Assembly (NCBI GenBank): GCA_051294375.1
Contig: JBJCIZ010000054.1
Location: forward strand, 18,180-46,436
Direction of reading: 5' to 3'
Source of the DNA: Paraspadella gotoi
Taxonomy: Eukaryota; Animalia; Chaetognatha
DNA: 28,257 nucleotides
The translations under genes and the position numbers were made by a program. Of the stretch, positions 8,446 to 20,900 are shown in pieces (the first letter of the stretch is position 1; each line of letters starts with the position of its first letter). Under the pieces are notes generated by a model. The model did no database searches and had not been told where the DNA came from. It worked only from the letters and a program-made list of their open reading frames with translations.

Positions 8446-9680
8446 AATATTCTGACATATTATTATTTGTCTTGTTATGTCAATAAATTGTAAAAAAAAT
8501 AAGCTTGTGATAGGCAGTGATTTTGCTTTGGGTATTTCAATAATGAAATGGAACTTAAATAAACTAATATATTCTTTTTTCCCACTTGATAAATATGAAC
8601 ACTCTTTATTAACAAAAACGGTTGGCATTAGTTATCTTTCCTTATAACATAAAACTCATCTGGGTAAATTTCTATGCTTTCAAAATACGGTAAGACATTA
8701 TTTCTTTCAGTCAATCATCCAATTACGGTATCAGCCTTAATTAAGAAGAACCTAAAACGATTTTCATGGTAAGGGAACTTTTAAAGATTAAATTGCTCGT
8801 CAGATCTATCGCGTTTTTAGTAGGGGGAGACTAACTCTGTAAGTGGTTAAGAAATTGAATTAAGCACCTGCTCAACGAAATTTTGACATTTTTAAAAATT
8901 GAATAGACAAATTTTTTTTATATTACTCCATACTCCATATATTATTTTTTTAATATTATTTATAAATAGGAAAGGCTTAAAAAAATTTTTTGGATTTTTT
9001 TATTTTAAGATCAGATTCAGGTAGCTTGCAAAAGTTGTCTACACAAAGTATAATCTTTTTTCGATATTTTGATCATAAGTATGTAAAAATATGAAACCTA
9101 TATATAATCATCATCATCATCATTTTCGATAATTTATACTTTTTCTTAATTTTAACCAAGAAAACATAATATTTTTGAAAAGTTGTAGTTAAATTTTTTA
9201 TTTAACTTTTTATGCTCTATCAGAATCACAAAAAAAGTTAAGATTGATTAAAAAATTTTTTTATCATTATATAGTAATATTTAATTTTAATAGCAACAAT
9301 AAAAGCATTAAATCGAATTTTTTAAAAAAATTCTTTTTTTACCTAAAAGTAAACTTCAAGACTAAAGTTTGAACCCCGCCCCTATTGAAATTAATTCATA
9401 GTGGATTTCTATTTTAGATATACTACTACTTAGGCAAAAAATCGGCACACTATGTTATGAAATTTTTTCTTGTTTTCATTTCTTTCTTAATTCTTTCTTT
9501 TTTGAACTTTTGCTCTGACTCTCTCTTTTTCTCTTTCTCTCTGTGTTAAGTATTTTGATGCTTCGCCCCCATAATAAGCGTTAAATATATTTTATATATA
9601 TATATTACGACATAGTCAGTAACTTCTGTCCTTCAGCTGTCCTCACCTTCAATACTATCCATTACTCAATTCTTTGGTGG

Positions 9681-9682
<2 letters not shown>

Positions 9683-9718
<36 letters not shown>
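9683..9718. repeat. (CT)n microsatellite
   Basis: Perfect CT run. Confidence 0.98.
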
Positions 9719-9720
<2 letters not shown>

Positions 9721-11090
9721 ATCATAATGTTTGACAAAATTTCTTATAAAATTAGAAGACTCGAAAAAGAATCGAAACATGTCCGTTTCAAAAATAAAAG
9801 TCGTTGTTTGGTAAACAAAAATAAACTTTTTCTCTCCTAATTTTATTTCGCGAAAACTTCGGTAGCGTATGATTTTATTCAAAGTTTGGTTGCCAAGCAG
9901 ATTTAAAAAATCGACAGATTTTTGCGGAAATTTTTTCCGCAAAAACCTGTCGATTGAGAGAAATTAATTTGCTGACGCTTCCCCTTTCAATAAAAGAAGG
10001 CGGTTTTTTTTTAATTTGTCAACCTTAGTATGTTATCATCTGTTAAAACTATAAAAATGAGTTAAAAACCGTGTTTTAGTTCAAATAAAACGCACCTCAC
10101 AAATCCTCACAAATTAAAAGTTGACTTAAAAATTTTTTTGCAGCAAAAGTATTAAATATTTTGCTCTAATTTTTTAGGTACCAGAAGCACCGTTCATAGG
10201 GAATATTTTATTAGAATTGTGAACATTTTGAAGTATTTTTGTTTAACAAATTGTAATAAAATGTAAAAATGTAAGTTTTTGACCAGTCAATTTAAAATTA
10301 ATTCATAGGTAAACATAAATGACCAACTGAAAATGAACCAACTCAGAGGTAAAGAAGATAAGAAGGACCCGAAAGCCGGAGTAAAAAATTTTTCTTCAAT
10401 GATCTTGGCATTCAAATCTCAAGACAAAAGTGAAAATGGACAAAAATGGACATAATTTTTTTTATTAAAGTAGCAAAAATGATATTTATTCTTGATTAGA
10501 AAATGCAGCAGATGATTTCAATTAATCCGTAATCGAGCTCACTTTGTCTTAGGATTCAAAATTAATCAATTTTGAAGGTAATATTCTAGCAATATTGCAA
10601 AAAGTGGTTTTTTTTTCTGAATTCCTCGATCAAATCACTGCCGATAACGTTGAGAAAAACTTGTTGAAATTAAATAAAATTATTATGAATCGGTATAGAA
10701 AAATTCTTTTCTCCTACTAAATTTACAAGAACCTCCTCGCTTATTTATCCGTCTTCTCTTCTCCAAACATCACACAAGCCCCCTCCTCTCACGGTATCAC
10801 CATTAATTCCTCATACCAAATTTCACATCTCACGCGATTGCTCACTCACGCGACTCCACGTTATTTCACGACGCAACGATGCAGTCGCGATTGCGGCCAG
10901 ATAAGTCCAACGAATTCACGATCACGTGAAAAAGATTCACCCAAATTCCGTGACCGATTCCGTCCAGTTTCACAGAAAAAGAAAGGAAAATTGACGACGT
11001 CTTAAAATATTAAAGGTTCTCGTCGTGGCAGCGTGCGGGGGGGCACAGACCATCAGTTTCACATCCGACCACGGAAAAATTCTACCACCT

Positions 11091-11552
11091 CGTTACCTTC
11101 CTACCGAGTATACTCGGTAGGAAGGGTAACGGAGGTGGTAGGGGGGGGCGAAAGGATAGCGTCGTCGATGTTTGGGAGGGGGTGGATTGATTAGAAGTCG
11201 CGTAGCGGAAAGGGGGACCGAGTCAGAGATTTGGCCATAGCGCAGCAAAAAAGGGAGAGTGATTTGGCCGTAGCGTAGCAAAAGGGGAGAGAGATTCGAC
11301 CTTAGTGTAGCAAAGGGAGAGAGATTCGACCTTAGCGTAGCAAAAGGGAGAGTGATTCGACCGTAGCGTAGCAAAAGGGGAGAGAGATTAGACCGTAGCG
11401 TAGCGAAAAGGGAAAGTGATTTAGCCGTACAACGAGTGATACGGCCCATAACATAGCGAAAAGGGGCATAGGAGGCTGTTGGGGAGCGATTCGTCGCAGT
11501 GGGCGAAGGTTCAAGGCGATCTGCATAAATACATAGGCTATCTACATAGCTT
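11091..11552 (+). mobile_element. Non-autonomous Helentron/HINE-like element with 5' hairpin and internal minisatellite
   Basis: Perfect 26-bp palindrome ttcctaccgagta|tactcggtaggaa (11098-11123), extended by cgttacc/ggtaacg. Internal 30-33-bp tandem array, a 3' gaaggt complementary to the 5' accttc, and a small 3' hairpin gctat-ctac-atagc. Boundaries are approximate. Confidence 0.45.
11228..11466. repeat. 30-33-bp minisatellite (gatt.g.cc.tagcgtagcaaaaggg(g)agag.), ~6 copies plus degenerate ends
   Basis: Units start near 11228, 11261, 11293, 11323, 11354, 11386 and 11418. Confidence 0.95.
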
Positions 11553-12078
11553 TCTGCTATTAGAAATACTTAGGATAAAGAATAAAGAGTAATATGTCAT
11601 AATTAAGGGAACTGTTGAGACTTGAGCTCGACTCGGCGATAGAAATTAACAGAGATTGACGTATTGCAAAGATGTAATCATTGTCGATTTCGCTGATTTC
11701 ACTGATGTGAAATCCATTTCACCGAGTGATCTTTACTGTCATGAAAACGAATTACTTGTCTGTTTCGTAGTTCACTCGATTCCTATACATTATAATTTAT
11801 ATATACGACGCTCGCCGAATCGAGTTAAACCGATGGATAATGGGTTAATTCGACTTTATGCAATCGACTGTAAATCTTCGTCCCGAATCGCGGAAAATGA
11901 AAAAATTAGCCGACGGGAAAAAAATGTTTACTACCGATTCTCGTGAACTCGTGAACATTCGCCTCCTTCGAGTGAGATTCACAGAGAGACAGAGAAAAAA
12001 AGAATCACAAGAGAATAAAAAAAAGTGATTTTTGATTTTGGGGATTTAATTTTTTTAGTTTTTGTGAAGAAGGAAAGT

Positions 12079-12223
12079 GGAGGGGGAGATGGAGGAAGAG
12101 GCGGAGGAAGAGACCGAGGAAGAGGAGAAGGAAGAGGCGGAGGGAGAGGCGGAGGAAGAGGGGGAGGAAGAGGGGGAGGAAGAGGCGGAGGGAGAGGCGG
12201 AGGAAGAGGCGGAGGGGGAAGGA
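12079..12223. repeat. Purine-rich 12-bp repeat (ggaggaagaggc)n
   Basis: About ten degenerate units. Confidence 0.92.
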
Positions 12224-12409
12224 ATGAGGTTTTAGTTGTGATGATTGATCAAAGATAAAATCACGAAGTCAAAAAAGTCATTCACTTTAACATTGTCACG
12301 GTTAAGTGTGATTCTCTGAACTGGGATATCCTTTTACTTCGCTTGAAAGTGATTCAACAATATAATGATTATCCATAAATTTAATAAAGGCCTATGTGAC
12401 GCAGTTTCC

Positions 12410-12449
12410 GAGAGAGTGTGAGAGGAGAGAGAGAGGAGAGAGAGAAGAG

Positions 12450-12481
<32 letters not shown>

Positions 12482-12483
12482 GA
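12410..12483. repeat. Imperfect (GA)n microsatellite
   Basis: Seen directly. Confidence 0.95.
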
Positions 12484-13775
12484 AATGGCAAGATAGCTCA
12501 TTTATCAAATTAATGGATAATTTGATATTTGATATTTGAACTCTGGGAGTGAATTCAACGAGACTGTGAGAGAGTCTTACATAGGCCGCCTAGGTTATTA
12601 TCTTGTAAATGAGTTTGAGGCCATTAACCAGTAACCAATTAACCAATTAACCAATAACCACCATAGCCTGTCCAAAATCAGGGGCAAGATAACTTTTTGA
12701 TTCAAAGAATGGATACTCTTCATATTGGTTGGGTCAATTTCATTGACGGTGGGATAGCTTATTAATTAAACGAATGAACGAAATAATAAATTAATACCCT
12801 TTTCCGTTTGTTTAAAAATATAATCAATGAATCATTAGTTTATATAATGATAAAAAATAAAGTATCATTTCAATTTTAGGAAGCTCTTAATTTGCTGACA
12901 AAAGATACACAAACTGACGACAGAGGGCTTCAGACTTGAGCCGTTTCATCGAGCAACAAAAGAGCAACGAAATTATAGAATTTTGCGTCAGATTTTTTTT
13001 TAATTATTTTTTAAATTTTTTTCGAGTCAGATTGAAAACAACATTCGTACGTAGCTTTGAATTTGATAGTCTTGCCCATTTCCCAACTATAGACCCAAAA
13101 CTTTCTTACTGTCAAAGTTAAGAAGAATAGAATTGTTTTATGATTACTCTTTTCCGTTCTTTTCCAGTGACCCTCTTAAAAAATAAATATTTGATGTCTG
13201 AGATCGCCTTAACTCTTTCATTCAGTCAAACACACGAAAATCTTGATTGCAAAATCTTCCGTACCTCGCGCGCAGATCTTGCGTGCATCTTGAGCGATCT
13301 TACGTGCGAAGCGTTAAGCCAACACCTTTCCTCGTCCCTCTAAGAGTGATATCATGACCTTGTTCGATCTCACTTCTCACTCAGTGAGTCTGTGTTTGTG
13401 AATTCGTTATCTTGTTGACCTAAAAAAAAATTCGATTCCATTATTTGCTAATTTCATTCGAGACTTAAATATTAATTTGAGAAGGGAAAATCACAAATGT
13501 TTGATAAGATTGTTTGGATTTAAAAGTTAGAAGCTCAAGTTTCACCTACGACTTTTTATTCTCACATTCACTATTTTACTTTTTCAGATTTTCGCAATAA
13601 ACTTTTTCCGTCGAAATTTTAAGGCGAAAAAAATGAATTATAAATTATTGGCACCGTGGTGGTCGTCTGCCTCATGGTTAATTTAGGTAAAAATTTAGTT
13701 AAAACAAAGTATATATTTAAATGGATATTAGTGTTGATTGATCCTGATTGTTGATTCTGAGTTTCATAATTATTA

Positions 13776-13950
13776 ATTAATGTTGAAGTTATGGCAACGG
13801 CGTTCAGTGGGCGTTCAGTGGACCTGCAGTGACCACCCCATGTCACTGGCGTGTTTATGCCGACACCATCACACTTTGACCAGCGTGACCGTGAGGGGGA
13901 TTGAACCCGGAACTCACGTTTGGTGAACGAGTACTTAGCTATACGGGAGG
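13776..13950 (-). mobile_element. tRNA-derived SINE, degenerate
   Basis: Minus strand has the Pol III B box GGTTCAATCC (13907-13898) preceded by a weak A-box-like TAGCTAAGT, a GC-richer body and an AT-rich tail. Confidence 0.6.
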
Positions 13951-14650
13951 CAAATTTAGGATTCGCAACAAAGCAACTTATTTATGTTTCTGGGATTAAC
14001 GCAAACTAATAAATCGAGGAATCGATAAAGCAAAGAATAAGTCAATCGATCATTCTTCATCTTCTCATCTCCATAAACATAATAAACTATAAGTAAAGTA
14101 AAAAAAACATAACAAATAAATCAATTAGTAGATAGGTCATTCAATCAAATCAATAAAATCTATTATATTAATTCAATCAATCAAATTAAACTCTTTCAGC
14201 CTCTTCGTCCATCTGGCGCCGTCCGTGCAAAAAGGGCGAGACGTGTCCGCACGAAAAGTGTGAATTTGCAACGGATACGCCGTTTGTACGAGTCAGAGCG
14301 GACCAACGTGCGCGCGATTTCGCAAAGACGACAAACGCGAGGAATGGATGTGCGTGCGCGCGGTGCCTCCTCATTCACACGCTGAAGACTGAAATCCGAT
14401 GGACGGGGAGAAAGAAAGAAAAATTAAAGAAAAATATTTCAAATCTAAAAAAAAGACAAAAAATGTTGAGAGTTCTTGTTTAAATTTGAATAAGTTTTGC
14501 ATTTTGTAGTTTTTAAATTGTTTTTTTTTAAGGCTGTTATCCACAAATAAATATTAGTTTAAAAAATATTCAAAGTGGTTTTTTTTTGTTGAAGCTGCAA
14601 CTGTGTTGTGTTATAAGTATACAATACACTTGATTCGAGAAATGGTCTTC

Positions 14651-14910
14651 GCGTCTCTGGCTACGTGGGTAGCAAAGGTTCATCCCAATCCAAAAGGATC
14701 GGGTTCAATCCTTGCTGATGCTGACAAGAAAGCGGGATGTGGCGTATAAGTGCGACGTTATTGCCAGGTTCATAGTTCTCAAACTTATGCGCACGAACGG
14801 TGAACTGCTCGCGACATTGTCTTCCACATAAAAATTAACCCTAAGTTAGGGTTAAAATGACGGTCCGAAAAAGTTTGAGATGCAGCGGCATCCGTGATAA
14901 TAAACATTAA
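14651..14910 (+). mobile_element. tRNA-derived SINE, second family
   Basis: A-box-like TGGCTACGTGG (14658) and B box GGTTCAATCC (14702-14711) at tRNA-like spacing, a ~200-bp body and an AT-rich end. It does not fold into a full tRNA. Confidence 0.65.
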
Positions 14911-15495
14911 TCGCTAATAGAATCATTATCTTTCTCTCTTTATCTTTATCTTTATCTTTCTCTCTTTATCTCTCTTTTCGGTCGAAATTCCGCGGATTAA
15001 ATTAGACGTCATCGTCAACGGAAATCTCAGATTTGATCTTTAGATACGAAGCGACGGATGAATCTCGCATTCAGATCCAATTCAGCCCGAATTCATTTTC
15101 GTATTCAGGTCTCGTTTCCGTATGCGCAATTTGTATTCTGTTGATGTTGCGAATGGACTGCAATGACATCTGCAATGACATCGCGGTTAAATCACTTTTA
15201 TTGAGTCATTGAAATCGTTTGTTATGACTCATGCCCGAAATTAGAACAACTTTCTGTAAAATTACTAACAAGGAAATCGGTACGAGCAAATATAAATGTA
15301 TTCATTCAATTAATTAATAAGCTATCTTGCCTCTGATGATGGGAATGATGGGCGAAGTCTAGATGATAACCTTGCAGGACCCTGCGAGCTTTTATTTACA
15401 ACTCTCAAAGTCGAAAGGATGTAAAAGTTACTATACTATAACTAAACTAAACAAAAACTTAAACTATACTAAAACTAGAAAAGCATTTGGCGACT

Positions 15496-15520
15496 NNNNN
15501 NNNNNNNNNNNNNNNNNNNN
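15496..15520. other. Assembly gap (N run)
   Basis: Run of N. Confidence 1.
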
Positions 15521-16057
15521 AATAAAGAACGAGGCCGAAACGAAAACAACAACTCTTTAAAACAACAACTCTTCAAAAATGTATTAATTATTATCCAAAA
15601 ATTAATACAATTTTAAACATAAATCTTGTCATGACCAATTTTTAAGATATAAATAAATATAGTCCTCAGGGCTCTTTTTAGTAAGGAATCATTTTTCTAA
15701 AATATCATTTTGACATTATATTGATTCAAGCCCTTATTAAAACGGTCTGTCGGTCACTCATTCACTCAACAACAGCAACTACAACGACGCCTCTTTTCTA
15801 CTTCATCGGACTGGGAAAAAAAAACGCCAATATGCAAATTAGTTTGTGAATCGGATTTCACCACGCCCCTTCTCACCCTCGGCTTCCTCACACAGTGAAC
15901 GCTGCCTCCTTTCGATAAATCTCAACGCGGATGATAGAAAATCTTTTATTCATTAGAAGGGAGACGAGGAGAGTGGGGGAAGGGTAAGGAAGAGGTGAGG
16001 TAAGTTCAAATGAGGTGGGAGAAAGTAGGAGGATTTGAGCTTGGAGGGAAATGAAAG

Positions 16058-16065
16058 GTGAGGTC
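16058..16065 (+). repeat. Left 8-bp target-site duplication GTGAGGTC
   Basis: Identical to 21668-21675; both abut the TIRs. Confidence 0.95.
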
Positions 16066-16589
16066 CAGGGATGTGGAGCCGACCTAATTTTGTCTCGGCT
16101 CCATCCAGCTCGCGGCTCCAGCTGCGCAGGCCAAATTTTGTTTTTTCGCGCGTCGTCCAGCTCGCTCCGGCTTTACAGCAAAATCTTTTTTCGGCTGGGC
16201 CGGCTCCGGCTCCCGGCACTCCAGCAAAATTTCCAATCCGGCTTCCGGCTTCCGCTCCAACTCCGGATCCATTACTATATATATATATTAAAATTTAAGT
16301 AATTAAATTAGATTCATAATAATATTCTTTAAATCATGAGAATTTATATTTTGCATTATATCTTTAATAATATTAGTTTTATATTATAGATAGTATAATA
16401 TAGTTTTAAAGTGAATTAAAAATATATTATATTATATAAAATTATTTTTAAAAACGTATTAGAATACATAAGGCAAATAAATTTTTAATTGAATTTTTTG
16501 GTGATATGCCTTACGTCTTTCGGTAATTTAACTGTGAATTAGTATTTAGCCATTCTGTTAAAGGTGAGATTTTACATTAAACTAAAGAT

Positions 16590-17310
16590 TATGGTTTGGG
16601 GTTAGGAGGTTTTAGAGGTTAGATTAGGGTTGAGGTTGGTTTGGTTTAGGGTTTAAAGTTTGAGTTGGTAAATAATTAGGGATGTATGGGTTGAGTAGTT
16701 TAGGGTTAGCGGGTTAAGGTTGAGATAGTTTAAGGGTTTATGTGAAGAGGATAAGAGGTATATTAGATGTCATTTAAGTAAGATAAACAAGAAGCCGGAC
16801 ATAGGGTTAGAGAGGGTACTGGAGGCTATGTAGAATTGAGGGATTAAAGTTGAGGTATCAATATAGGATGAGGAGAGGCCTGGTCCAGGGTTAAGTGTTA
16901 GGGTACAGGAGAGAGGCAATAGAGTTGATATGAGAAGGCCTCGGTTAGGGTAGGCGGAGAGGCTTACTGTAGATGCATCAAAGGCGCGTTAGGGTAGGGT
17001 AGGACAGAGAATAATGGGAAGACACCAAAGGCCCCTGGGTTAGGTTAGAGTTGGGAGAAGAAGCTGGAGTTGAATGGGAGGCTGCGGTTAGGGGCAAAAG
17101 TCCATGGTTGATGCATCGAAGGCAGTTTTGTGTTGGGTGAGGCAAAAGATGTACTGGAAGGCCAGGGCCTAGGTTAGGGATTAGGGGAGAATTGGGAAAT
17201 AGAGTTGAACAAGAGGTAAGGGTTGAGGGTAGAGGGTTAGGGCTGTAGGAAAGCCACAGATAGGATTAAGGTTTGAGCATGAAGTATGGGAGGCCTAGGC
17301 TGGGTTAGGG
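16590..17310 (+). repeat. G-rich tract with dispersed degenerate TTAGGG motifs (left arm)
   Basis: Many ttaggg/ggttag/gggtt motifs and a strong excess of G over C. Confidence 0.8.
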
Positions 17311-20300
17311 TGTGGGGAAAGATAGGTGTACGGGAGACGTTGGGTTTTAAAGGGAAGAGAAGCGACCACAGGTGATGGTATTGTATCCCCAATTTGTTCT
17401 CAACTTCAGGCCCACAAGCTTTTTTTCCTTTTGATCACGATGGTGAAAGCGCCTTTGATTATATTCCGGCGACGTGAGCTACTTTTAATTACTAGCGTGT
17501 AGAGTCGGGCTATGTAGGTCACTCTCGCTAGTGGAGGGTATGAGGGCGATGCAACAATCCAGGCTTTGGCGTGGATATGCCCATAAGTGAAGTGCGCCCA
17601 ACCAACAGACAACAATTGTGACTTGCATAGCGGTAAATCGGCTGGAACATTGCTAGTACTGAGGATAAACGAGCACACGACTGACTAAAGGTTTGGTTCG
17701 ATGAGCTCAGAACATAACGAAAAGCCTCGAGTTACACAAATAGGTGACACAAGCGAACAGGCGGCCCCGCCGCTCAGAAAATTGTCATTTGCAACTTGTG
17801 AAGTATTTTTAAATCTAGAAGATTATGTAAATACGACACCCTGCCTAAATCATCTTATATATCCAGATTTTTATGATTGGTTATGATTTGACTTAGCAAT
17901 GACCAGGAAAAGTGTTTTAAAAAAAATTGTCTTTCTTTTAAAACAATCTTTTGTTTCAATTTTTTTGTCTTATATTTAGTTAATAAAACTGTATTTTTAA
18001 GGAAAATAGATTCTTCCCTTAATCTCGTTTTTTGGTTATTTAGGAGAAGAAAAAGCGAAAATTTATTGATTTGATAATCTAATAATGTTTAAGATTTTAA
18101 TATATATTTACCATTGATATCATATATTTTATAATGACTAGTTGTGGTGTTGATTATTATTATTCTTGATATTTTAGAGCTTGTAGAGGTATAATTATTT
18201 GATACCTATATTTTTATATGAAAACTAGTTCTTATTCTGGAGAGAAAAACAAAAAGATTTGTTAATTGTGATAACAATCAGATTTTGTTTTATTTAGAAA
18301 GACATTAAATCGGTACATGACGCAAATGGACTAGAGGTACAGAAGATATTAGAAGTGTACCACTACCACCTCTTGAGTGACCTTGCGATTTATCAAGTAT
18401 CATATCACCAATCAGACATTTACAAATATCACAAAACTGTCATATTGTTACAGACTTTTTAAAGAATAATTAACGATGAGATTTTGTTGATATTTTATCT
18501 CTCTAAATTTAAGAATTATCATGTATAAAGTAACTTATATATAAATATAAAAGAGATATTTTCCAATCAGTTTTTACTACATCTAATACATAATTCCTGA
18601 AGACTCTTACAAATTAAAAAAAATAATAATATTTGAAGAATATTGAAACAAAAATAAGCCTAACGCAGCTTTAGTTTAATTAGATATCCAAATTGAAATA
18701 ATAAAAATCCTACAAATATTTTTTTAAATATCTGACCTATTTTAGCTATGATCTTACAATTATTGTTATATAAGGCGTATTATAAAAAATCTTAAGAAAA
18801 ACTAAATTAAATAACTAACAATGCAGTTTAATAATTATCAAAAACTGCTCTTTGAAAATTTTTATTTAATAATTATCGTTAAGCTAGATAGGGCTACGAT
18901 GTTTAATATTACAACGTATTTTAATTAGTGTCGAATCTCTTTAATATTTTTAGGAGCTTTCAGAAAAATATTCAAGCTAATGATATAGTACCTTTTATGA
19001 AACAATTTACAAATGTTGACAATGAACATAGATTTTATTTTTATATAATTGTTTATAGACATTATTAGACAAATAGGAGGCAGGTGTTTTGAATGGAGGT
19101 AGTCATAGTTTGTTTTGAATATACAAACTTTTTTCCTGTCATTGCTAAGTCATATTAAACTAATCTAATATAAAATTTGATTAATAGTGTATATGATGAG
19201 GGTTATTTATATAAATCTTTTAGAGAAAATTAAGAAATATCTCACAAGTTTTAAGAGATGACAATTTTTTTTTGGAGGGCGACCTGGTTGGTGTGTCGAC
19301 CTTTGTAGCAGCCTTGGTATTGGTTTATTTCTAAGACTTTACAAATCCAAAACATTTGTGATTGATACGGGTTATTATTCCAAATAGCAATGTTGCCAAT
19401 TAGGGCGAGATTTTACACGCCCATGGAGTCACGAAATTGTTGTACCGAGTTGGTGGTCGATCTTCATAATGATGCAATGGGCTGATGCCAAAACCTGTTG
19501 TGTCGTCAATACCCTCCACGTGGTGGACTCTGCGAGCCAATAATATTAAAAGGAGTATGTGAAGAATGATAAATCAAAATGGCGCAAAGCTTTAATAATG
19601 GGAAAATAGTTATTGGTGGCTGAATTTCACGGACATGGGCATACAACTACTCAGCCTGGTGGGCTCTTTCACTTATAAAACTCAAGTTCTCTGTACCCTC
19701 TCCTATGCTTTGGCCCACGCCTCCAACAGCCGCAGGCCTAGGCCTTGCCCCTACAACTTTTTCCATGTCCTCAACACTTAACCTATATGGCTGGGCCTTT
19801 TGCCTATGAAAAACACTAACCCTTTTACCTAAGGCCACCATTATACCGTCTTTGGGTCTCGTATATCTCTCTAAGTCGCTCTCTCTCGCTAATACTACCT
19901 AGGGCCCTGGCCTCCACAGCTTACTAAGTGCCAATCTTGGGCTGTCTTAATCAGTAAAGATTGAGTAGATGCCCGATGTTAATGGTTATTTACTTTCAGG
20001 CATATAATATACTATGAGAAGAAGTATAATGATACATAAGTGTTTATAACTATATATTTGAATTTTTGAATTCATCGTAATTAATTCATTTACTTAATTC
20101 ATGTCATTATAGTAGTAATATTAAGTAATTTAGTTTTTTATCTTTTTAAAATGAGGATATCTATCAACGCATTAGTGTATAGCAAAAATATATAAAGTAA
20201 TAAATATATAAAGTCTAGTAAGCAAAAATAATTTTATTATTATTATTATTATTATTGGATTAGTTAATATTATTAAATACCCAACAAAAAGCTGCCTTTT

Positions 20301-20329
20301 TCTGATGCATCAAAACCGGACAAATATAT

Positions 20330-20900
20330 TTTTTCCCCTAAACCGAGCCTTCCTTTCATCCATGCTGTTCCATTCCAAACTCTAACCCTAAAACCGGGGG
20401 CCTGGGCTCCCTAATATCTCTGTTCCTCAACCGCTAAAACCCTAAACCGCCTTATGATTAGCAAGCTACCAGTAAGCCTCTCCCTCCTATCCTGGCCTGT
20501 ACTACAGGCCTCCACATTTCAACACTCACTTACTGGTCGCTCTCTCCTAAATAACCGGTTTGCTGCCTTAACCGTTTTAACACACGCTGAGGACCGACGC
20601 TACACGTCCATAAATATATTTGTTACCTTCAATGTATAGATCCCTATGTCTAATGGGCACAGGTTGAACTTCGCTTAAACCCTAATAGCTCGGGGCTTTT
20701 TTGTTTAACTTACTCTTTATCCACTATTAAAAATTGAAATTATAACCTAAAACCCTAAGCCTTAAAACTACTTCAAATCTCCTTAACCCTAACCCTAAAC
20801 TAATACTCATACCCTATACCCTAATTATACCAATTCATATCCTTATAACCACTAAACCAAAACACGAACCAATTAATCAAAAAAAAAAGAAACCCTAAAT
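20330..20900 (-). repeat. C-rich tract with dispersed CCCTAA motifs (right arm, mirror of left)
   Basis: For example taaccctaaccctaaac near 20784 and several aaccctaaa. Confidence 0.8.

Noticed and set aside
8821-9572. GGGGG...CCCCC-bounded segment as a MITE
   Set aside because: The inverted match does not extend past the G/C run and there is no convincing TSD.
11228-11466. 30-33-bp repeats as CRISPR or as the 118-aa ORF
   Set aside because: No spacers; the ORF merely translates the minisatellite.
12025-12258. RGG-box protein ORF
   Set aside because: Translation of a 12-bp purine repeat with no flanking coding evidence.
13890-14715. Two GGTTCAATCC B boxes as functional tRNA genes
   Set aside because: Neither folds into a full cloverleaf with acceptor stem, and both continue into SINE-like bodies.
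17701-17886. 61-aa ORF and downstream AT-rich stretch as a decayed transposase or cargo gene in the hAT element
   Set aside because: It lies within the palindrome arm (mirrored at about 19130-19350), has no BED/DDE/hAT dimerisation motifs and is followed by frequent stops.
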